Part shown: piece after piece, positions 59,129 to 64,000 of the stretch
How positions within the stretch are numbered: the stretch's first letter is position 1
Layout: the number at the start of each line of letters is the position of its first letter
Origin: an uncultured Candidatus Saccharibacteria bacterium
GTDB lineage: Bacteria; Patescibacteriota; Minisyncoccia; Phycocordibacterales; UBA918
Length of the DNA: 64,000 bases
Assembly (NCBI GenBank): GCA_964350985.1
Contig: CAYGLK010000001.1
Location: forward strand, 391,698 to 455,697
Direction of reading: 5' to 3'
Made by a program: the position numbers and the translations under genes
The notes under the pieces: model-generated
Databases searched by the model: none
What the model was told of the DNA's origin: nothing
The model's input: the letters and a program-made list of their open reading frames with translations, nothing else

Positions 59129-59207
59129 GTTACAAGTATACCAAAAAATTCTATGGTCCCTATCAGGTACTAAATTTTAGTTTAAAAAATAAGGCTTAAA
59201 TAATTTA

Positions 59208-59237
59208 CTGGCCGTATGGGAATGTTAGAACTTTTTT
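59208..59237 (-). repeat. Cassette-boundary element copy 4 (ctggccgtatgggaatgttagaactttttt)
   Basis: Same family; forms 5' arm of ~100-bp imperfect inverted repeat ending tgatagggaccatagaat near 59150. Confidence 0.6.
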
Positions 59238-59276
59238 AAGTATATGAAAACGCCCTAACCAAGCAGCGCTTTCGGG

Positions 59277-59849
59277 TTAGGGCGTGGTCTCGATGAGACG
59301 AACTACATTGTTGAAGACTTCTTTTTTTGAACCGGCTGGCACTAGATTCAACTGTGGAATCTGCCCAGCAACCTGATCGAACACCATAGAGTCGGCCAAG
59401 CGCCTGACGATAGTTTCGTCTGTCTCTCCCCGGCTCCTGAGACGACGTGTCAGCTCATCAACTCCTGGAGCAACCAGATGAACTGGAATACATCTAACGC
59501 CCCTACCTTGGAACCAATCTGACACCAGCTGGTGGCACTCAGGAATAATGCAAACGAATGCCAGGCCACCTGTCTCAGCTGCCGCCTCAGCAAACTGTGA
59601 CTCAGTGCAACAGTATTGGTGGCCGTGATTAAGGACTTTCCAAATAAATTCCGTGATATCTCTCAGACCTTCCAATGTCTGAAAGTCATAATCGACGTCA
59701 GTTTCATAAGGACGGCGAGGACGAGTGGTAATGCTGCGCACCCTGCCGCCACCGTAGTGAGTCTCCAGAGCTCGTTCCAGGGTTGTTTTACCAACTCCTG
59801 AGGCCCCAGTGATTGTCACAACCTTCTTGATCATTGTCCAGAACTCCAA
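59277..59849 (-). CDS. Guanylate-kinase-like P-loop protein (GC-rich; probable start 59831)
   Basis: ITGASGVGKTTL Walker A then SITTRPRRPYETDVDYDF (GMP-binding TTRxxRxxE..G.DY.F); ~52% GC; GGAG RBS instead of leaderless -10; terminator hairpin cgccctaacc...ggttagggcg after stop. Confidence 0.65.
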   Translation of the reverse strand: MEFWTMIKKVVTITGASGVGKTTLERALETHYGGGRVRSITTRPRRPYETDVDYDFQTLEGLRDITEFIWKVLNHGHQYCCTESQFAEAAAETGGLAFVCIIPECHQLVSDWFQGRGVRCIPVHLVAPGVDELTRRLRSRGETDETIVRRLADSMVFDQVAGQIPQLNLVPAGSKKEVFNNVVRLIETTP

Positions 59850-59933
59850 TGTGTGCTTTCAGCATAAAATCACAGATTAAGTGATTCGTCAATATTAGAA
59901 AATGTGGCCAGCCGTCATTTTTTCAAAAGTTTT

Positions 59934-60524
59934 TTATAAAACAGCCCAAAATACTTTCCATTCAAAATCCCTCAATGTCACTAGCTCCAGTTCTAGGTTA
60001 GTGTTTTCTAAAAGTGAAAGGGCTTGTGGGTTTGGTGGTAAATCTTTGCTTTCAAAATGGCATACAATTCTCAACGGCAAAAGACCAAGTCCTTCACGAA
60101 CCTTACCTCCAGACTCGTCATCATGAAAAGGACTGTACTTACCAATCACATATGCTCCTGCAGAAGATCCGGCAATTGTCTTTCCCTTTAAGTTCTCCCT
60201 AAGGTTATTGTACTTATTTAATGCAGTGAGAAGTCTTGGTGTACTGCCTCCACGCAAGTAAAGTGCGTCTGACTTCTTGAGTTGTTCAATGAAATCATTT
60301 TCATTAGCTAACAAAAAATGCAACTGCTTTCCTTGTGCCTGCTCTTTATGCTTTTTAATATTTTCCTCAAACTTCCCGGCACTATCTTCATCTGTTGAAG
60401 CAAAATGACAAAGTAATATTGTCGCTTGATCTGGCAAATCACGCACAATCTCCTCATAAAAAGTCCGATTTTGTTCATTGTCAGTACCTGTATATCCACC
60501 ATGTAGAATAAACTTAGTTTTCAT
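59934..60524 (-). CDS. Peptidase S51 family (dipeptidase E / cyanophycinase-like)
   Basis: LYLRGGSTPRLL and IAGSSAGA (GxSAG nucleophile) motifs. Confidence 0.7.
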   Translation of the reverse strand: MKTKFILHGGYTGTDNEQNRTFYEEIVRDLPDQATILLCHFASTDEDSAGKFEENIKKHKEQAQGKQLHFLLANENDFIEQLKKSDALYLRGGSTPRLLTALNKYNNLRENLKGKTIAGSSAGAYVIGKYSPFHDDESGGKVREGLGLLPLRIVCHFESKDLPPNPQALSLLENTNLELELVTLRDFEWKVFWAVL

Positions 60525-60549
60525 ATATATATTATATCAAAATATCAAA

Positions 60550-60590
60550 CTGGCTGTTTTGGGACGATGTTAGAGCTTTTAAACTCTAAC
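60550..60590 (-). repeat. Cassette-boundary element copy 5 (ctggctgttttgggacgatgttagagcttttaaactctaac)
   Basis: Same family; contains a local palindrome GTTAGAGC-TTTAAAAG-CTCTAAC. Confidence 0.6.
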
Positions 60591-61133
60591 CTACTCTTGT
60601 ACTGGTCTCACCATCTCAATTACAGGCAACATCCCTTTATATAAAGCAATCTCTGTATCAGTCTTTTTGAAACCATATCTTTCATAAAAACTTATAGCTG
60701 AATCATTAAAACGAAATGCCTCCAAACGAGAATATTTTTCGTGATCTGACCATGACAAAAACTCTTCAATCAGTTTAGGTCCTATTCCCATACCCTTAGC
60801 TTCATTCAGTAGATATATAGCGTCAAGTTCGTTATATGTCTCATGTTTTATTCCATGCATAAAACCAACAATCTCTCCACTTCCATTTCTTACTACTCTA
60901 TAAATTACTTTTTCTGGATTTGCCAAAGCTTCAGCAATCACTTTTCTTCTATAGTCTGTATTAATTAACATCTCTCCACGCATTTCATCGACCATTTCAT
61001 CAGTAAGACCTGACTCTTCACCTACATATGATTCTTTCCAAGACTGAATATGCATCTTAGCTAGCGCTAATTCTTCACCAACTTTTGGTAATTCGATTTT
61101 GAATGACGGGCTATTCTCTATATTACTTTCCAT
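60591..61133 (-). CDS. GNAT family N-acetyltransferase
   Basis: GMGIGPKLIEEFL motif A; typical GNAT length. Confidence 0.75.
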   Translation of the reverse strand: MESNIENSPSFKIELPKVGEELALAKMHIQSWKESYVGEESGLTDEMVDEMRGEMLINTDYRRKVIAEALANPEKVIYRVVRNGSGEIVGFMHGIKHETYNELDAIYLLNEAKGMGIGPKLIEEFLSWSDHEKYSRLEAFRFNDSAISFYERYGFKKTDTEIALYKGMLPVIEMVRPVQE

Positions 61134-61164
61134 GTAGGAAGTATATCAGAGCAAAATATTACTT

Positions 61165-61584
61165 TTATAATGCTTCAAATGCCTTAGAAAGCATAGACCC
61201 CTGTCCTGACTGAAGTACATGGGCAGATTCTAGTGGAATCCAAAAACATTCAAATTTAATACCCCCTTCACTACTTGCCCAACGTTCTGGCAAATCTTCT
61301 GTTGGTTCAGCTAAGAAAAAGTGTCTTTCTTGTATTTCTTTTCTATATGGCGTCATATCATAATCTTGAACACCTAGCTGTTTAATTATTTTAAAACAAC
61401 TATAACCAGTCTCTTCTTGTAGTTCACGCATAGCTGCCACCTCAGGAGATTCGTCTTGTTCAATCGTTCCAGCCGGGACTTGAATACCTACTTCTTCATA
61501 AGAGAAATCAACATGGCGAAACACCAGTAATTTGTTATTACTAATTACATAAACAATTACTTTCTTTTTATGCGCTTTATCCAT
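61165..61584 (-). CDS. Nudix hydrolase
   Basis: Nudix box VPAGTIEQDESPEVAAMRELQEETGY. Confidence 0.8.
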   Translation of the reverse strand: MDKAHKKKVIVYVISNNKLLVFRHVDFSYEEVGIQVPAGTIEQDESPEVAAMRELQEETGYSCFKIIKQLGVQDYDMTPYRKEIQERHFFLAEPTEDLPERWASSEGGIKFECFWIPLESAHVLQSGQGSMLSKAFEAL

Positions 61585-61602
61585 TACCTTAATTATACCA
61601 AA

Positions 61603-61640
61603 CTGGTTTATGCCTATCTGAGACTATGTTTGAACTTTAA
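61603..61640 (-). repeat. Cassette-boundary element copy 6 (diverged; overlaps coding 3' end of 61614-62075)
   Basis: ctggtttatgcctatctgagactatgtttgaacttt; ~75% match to consensus and encodes C-terminal KFKHSLR. Confidence 0.5.
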
Positions 61641-62075
61641 TTTACCAATAGTAGATTTTGTAATTTCTGTAAGCGCTGCCTCAACATCCAGAAAATCCCC
61701 CACCTTTGTTTTTTTGCTTGGGTTACCTTCAAAATATCTTTTGTCGAAATCCAACAAATTATTTTTTAATTCTTCGCTGATTTCACATTCATCTCCTTTT
61801 ATTACAACTAGTATTTTGTGATCAGCTTGATCATCTTCAAAATATTCAACCATTCCGATTGGAACACACTCAACTACTGAACTATGTGTAAGTTCTTTGT
61901 CCGTTATTACATAACAATCTAATTCATCCCCATCTGCAGCCAGAGTGTCCAGAATGTAACCATAGGGGTACGGATAGGTAATATGAAAGTCTACCGTCTT
62001 TTCATAGGCACCTGTTTTTTTATTAAAAACATTCTTTTTTAATGTTTGACTAGTCTGCTCAATAAAAACTTTCAT
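61614..62075 (-). CDS. ppa: Inorganic pyrophosphatase (family I)
   Basis: YPYPYGYILDTLAADGDELDCYVI....VVECVPIGMVEYFEDDQADHKILVV matches the family I motifs (YPxNYGFIP.T...DGDPLDVLV....R.VG....D..G.D.K..AV). Confidence 0.75.
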   Translation of the reverse strand: MKVFIEQTSQTLKKNVFNKKTGAYEKTVDFHITYPYPYGYILDTLAADGDELDCYVITDKELTHSSVVECVPIGMVEYFEDDQADHKILVVIKGDECEISEELKNNLLDFDKRYFEGNPSKKTKVGDFLDVEAALTEITKSTIGKLKFKHSLR

Positions 62076-62152
62076 AATCTGAAGTATACCAAAGTTCTAT
62101 AGTCCCTAACGGATACTAAGTTTTAGATTGAAAAATAAGCCTCTAATATCGA

Positions 62153-62190
62153 GCTAGCTGCATGAGACGACGTTAGAACTTTTTTAATAA
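62153..62190 (-). repeat. Cassette-boundary element copy 7 (gctagctgcatgagacgacgttagaacttttttaataa)
   Basis: Same family; 5' arm of ~100-bp imperfect inverted repeat ending ccgttagggactatagaac at ~62100. Confidence 0.6.
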
Positions 62191-62191
62191 A

Positions 62192-62710
62192 TTAGTCAAT
62201 TCTGTATTCAGCATTTTCTGGTAATGAAATATCTTTAAACTCAAAAGTGACGCCAAGTCTCTTCATCTCTTCTACAGGATTATCAATTCTTTCAATTTCA
62301 ATTGGTTTAGTAGGTTCATTTGAAACCACTTCTAAATTACCTAATCCTTCTTTGTACACAAAAGTATTATCATCAAACTGATATAAATAGCCGCCTTCTC
62401 CATAAAGCACTTGCAGACTAGCTTCTAATGAATCAACCCCAATTATCAATACGGATTTATTATTGTCGTACAGACTGACACCCATACCATAGCTACCCTT
62501 AAAGCCCTCTTTTTTAATAGGCCTCGGATTATCTGTGTACGCTAGGGCAATCCACCTTTCTCGAGTAGCGTGAAATGATTCTTCATCAAAAACAACGACC
62601 GTAACACCCTCTTCATTTTCTTGAGTTCTGACTTGCCTTGATGGTCTAGCTTCTTCAGCATCAAATTTTTCACACGTACCGTGAAAAACTCTATTAGGTA
62701 TTTTTTCCAT
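62192..62710 (-). CDS. Hypothetical protein (first cassette after tRNA-Gln)
   Basis: Intact 172-aa ORF; leaderless TATAAT 6 nt before ATG. Confidence 0.45.
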   Translation of the reverse strand: MEKIPNRVFHGTCEKFDAEEARPSRQVRTQENEEGVTVVVFDEESFHATRERWIALAYTDNPRPIKKEGFKGSYGMGVSLYDNNKSVLIIGVDSLEASLQVLYGEGGYLYQFDDNTFVYKEGLGNLEVVSNEPTKPIEIERIDNPVEEMKRLGVTFEFKDISLPENAEYRID

Positions 62711-62785
62711 GATTAAATTATATCAAATATATTTCTATCAGAGACTCAAACTTTTATATGTTGCTAAATATAGCTAAACTGTGTA

Positions 62786-62804
62786 GCTGCCGATCAGGGA
62801 CTCG
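62786..62804 (-). repeat. 19-nt exact direct repeat of the tRNA-Gln 3' end (gctgccgatcagggactcg); proximal att-like site of the cassette array
   Basis: Identical to 62969-62987 inside/abutting the tRNA; the following sequence (ggtcaggagtcgtttatttaataa) is homologous to the tail of the downstream boundary elements (gacgttagaattttttacaa). Confidence 0.7.
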
Positions 62805-62927
62805 GTCAGGAGTCGTTTATTTAATAATCGTTCCACTCATTTAAATAATACGCTCACTACCCTGGCGGGTCAAACAGTCTCCAGACTGTTTGCTTCCGCC
62901 TTTCTCGTCCCCGATCTCGCAGGCTGA

Positions 62928-62967
62928 GACACTAAAATAGCTAGCAAAAGCTAGCTATTTTAGTGTC
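62928..62967. repeat. Perfect 18-bp-arm palindrome (gacactaaaatagctagc aaaa gctagctattttagtgtc) abutting the tRNA-Gln 3' end
   Basis: Read directly from sequence. Confidence 0.7.
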
Positions 62968-62969
62968 AG

Positions 62970-63040
62970 CTGCCGATCAGGGACTCGAACCCCAATAGCT
63001 GGTACCAGAAACCAGAGTCCTACCATTAGACGAATCGGCA
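62970..63040 (-). tRNA. tRNA-Gln (anticodon CTG)
   Basis: Minus strand folds as TGCCGAT / D-arm GTCT-AATGGTA-GGAC / anticodon arm CTGGT-TTCTGGT-ACCAG / variable CTAT / T-arm TGGGG-TTCGAGT-CCCTG / ATCGGCA + discriminator G; U1-A72 as in bacterial tRNA-Gln. Confidence 0.7.
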
Positions 63041-63058
63041 ATGTATTTGATTGTTTGT

Positions 63059-63087
63059 GAGCTGGGTTCAATTCCCGGACTCGATCC
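63059..63087 (+). repeat. Plus-strand tRNA 3'-half fragment (T-arm CTGGG-TTCAATT-CCCGG + acceptor ACTCGAT) with no 5' partner
   Basis: Canonical T-loop TTCAATT but no matching 5' acceptor strand upstream; integration scar. Confidence 0.4.
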
Positions 63088-63253
63088 TTACTTGAACAAA
63101 TGAGTATCTAAATCAATGCTTGCATGGATTTATGATACGAATGCAGTTCAAGAATGCTTTGCATACAGGATCAGTACAGGTTGTCATTATTTTATTTCGT
63201 TTCCTCATAAAATGCCAGGCAACCTCCTTCGACAGTTTCCCAAACTGTCTCAG

Positions 63254-63328
63254 CCCCAATAGCTGGTACTAGGTAAATAGTCATGGGATGACTATTTACG
63301 GAGTCCGCTTCAGGACGAATCGGCAATG
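63254..63328 (-). pseudogene. Disrupted second copy of tRNA-Gln (pseudo-tRNA)
   Basis: Shares TGCCGATTCGTC (acceptor/D-stem) and TACCAGCTATTGGGG with the intact tRNA, but anticodon region replaced by ~40 unrelated nt and no T-arm. Confidence 0.5.
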
Positions 63329-63418
63329 TTTTCTTTTGGTCTGCAACACCTTTATTCCACTCAATTTTTCTGTGCTGTGGCAACATATTGCCACAACTGT
63401 AAAAATATTCCAAGGATC

Positions 63419-64000
63419 TTAATCTTTGACTATTTTCCATTCACCTACCCCAGTAGCGTCTTTTAGATATCTAAGGTGGGTGATCTTAGCGTTTTTCATG
63501 AAATAAATTTTAGCTAAGCATTTAAAAGCTGCAAAAATATTCATCGGTTTTTTAGACCGGAGGTGTTGCAAGAATATATTAATAAAAATGGCGTGTGACA
63601 CTATAACCACTCGAGCATCTTGATCGAAGGCTTCCAAGTGAGATCTTGCTTTGGTAACACGATCAACAAAATCTTGGTAACTCTCCCCGTTCTCAACTTT
63701 GTCACCTCTAAACCAACACCAAATAAACCAAAGGGCTTTAACGCCCATATATCTCTCAGCTACTAAAATACTGGGACGGTGCCACTCTTCAAAAATACTG
63801 TCAGTCACAGGTATAACGTCTACACAACACGACATTATGATCCTGGTTGATTCTACAGCTCGTAGCTGGGTACTACTGAACACGTGAGTTGGATCTAAAG
63901 CAGCTATCTTAGGAGCAACCTCTGCAATCTGAGCTTTACCAGTAGCATTGAGTGGTGTGTCATGGTGCTGGTGTCTTCGAGCTACATTTCCATCAGTCTG
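63419..64000 (-). CDS. Histidine phosphatase (phosphoglycerate mutase) superfamily protein; partial (N-terminus beyond window end)
   Basis: Extending the ORF upstream of the listed Met gives ...VARRHQHHDTPLNATGKAQIAEV (RHG-like catalytic motif) and later VVIVSHAIFI. Confidence 0.5.
   Translation of the reverse strand, partial: QTDGNVARRHQHHDTPLNATGKAQIAEVAPKIAALDPTHVFSSTQLRAVESTRIIMSCCVDVIPVTDSIFEEWHRPSILVAERYMGVKALWFIWCWFRGDKVENGESYQDFVDRVTKARSHLEAFDQDARVVIVSHAIFINIFLQHLRSKKPMNIFAAFKCLAKIYFMKNAKITHLRYLKDATGVGEWKIVKD

Noticed and set aside
50657-62804. Calling the boundary repeats canonical class-1-type integron attC sites
   Set aside because: The core/inverse-core approximations (GTTAGAA / TTCTAAC) deviate from GTTRRRY/RYYYAAC. 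Several junctions lack a recognisable copy. No intI is in the window. The feature is therefore reported as integron-like or serial-att rather than as a bona fide integron.
63192-63440. 82-aa minus-strand ORF
   Set aside because: Lies entirely over the pseudo-tRNA-Gln remnant and the flanking scar sequence; likely spurious.
1-64000. CRISPR array
   Set aside because: No short direct repeats with 25-40-nt regular spacing anywhere in the window. The only regularly recurring element is the cassette-boundary repeat, which recurs at kb-scale, gene-sized intervals.
1-64000. IS element / transposase / integrase genes
   Set aside because: No ORF shows DDE transposase or tyrosine/serine recombinase motifs (no R..HxxR..Y catalytic tetrad pattern found). 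Mobility is inferred only from the tRNA scars and repeats.

Overview
AT-rich (~37-40% GC), gene-dense window with short genes and mostly one-strand runs; the gene content (GroES/GroEL, TypA/BipA, HtpX, RNase J, SecG, peptide deformylase, type IV pilin, LemA/DUF2207, many Nudix/HAD/GNAT genes) fits a small-genome Patescibacteria/CPR-like bacterium using the standard genetic code. Coordinates 1-50,200 are mostly ordinary chromosome: housekeeping genes, envelope and secreted proteins, and a small glycoside-hydrolase cluster. Two tRNA loci are clearly accessory. (1) tRNA-Ser(GGA) at 16.5 kb is followed by a 16-nt direct repeat of its own 3' end and a ~0.6 kb GC-rich (~60%) single-gene insert with its own promoter, Shine-Dalgarno and terminator. 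(2) tRNA-Gln(CTG) at 63.0 kb (minus strand) heads a ~12 kb array (50.66-62.8 kb) of ~20 small co-oriented genes of unrelated function and mixed GC content. The array is punctuated by at least 10 copies of a ~30-bp element that is itself a degenerate copy of the tRNA-Gln 3' end. Several copies form the 5' arm of ~90-110 bp imperfect inverted repeats ending just upstream of the next ORF. That is an integron-like or tandem-att gene-cassette array anchored at a tRNA gene, with no integrase inside the window. Cargo includes an aminoglycoside-phosphotransferase-family kinase, an Lnu/ANT-like nucleotidyltransferase, GNATs, Nudix and HAD phosphatases, P-loop kinases, a GC-rich outer-membrane-beta-barrel-like protein and a frameshifted Nudix gene. 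Many cassettes carry a leaderless -10 box 6-7 nt before the ATG. Other notable items are a triple palindrome in a convergent intergenic region at 7.1 kb, a long imperfect inverted repeat upstream of htpX, an orphan UmuD-like S24 peptidase, and tRNA fragment scars beside tRNA-Gln.
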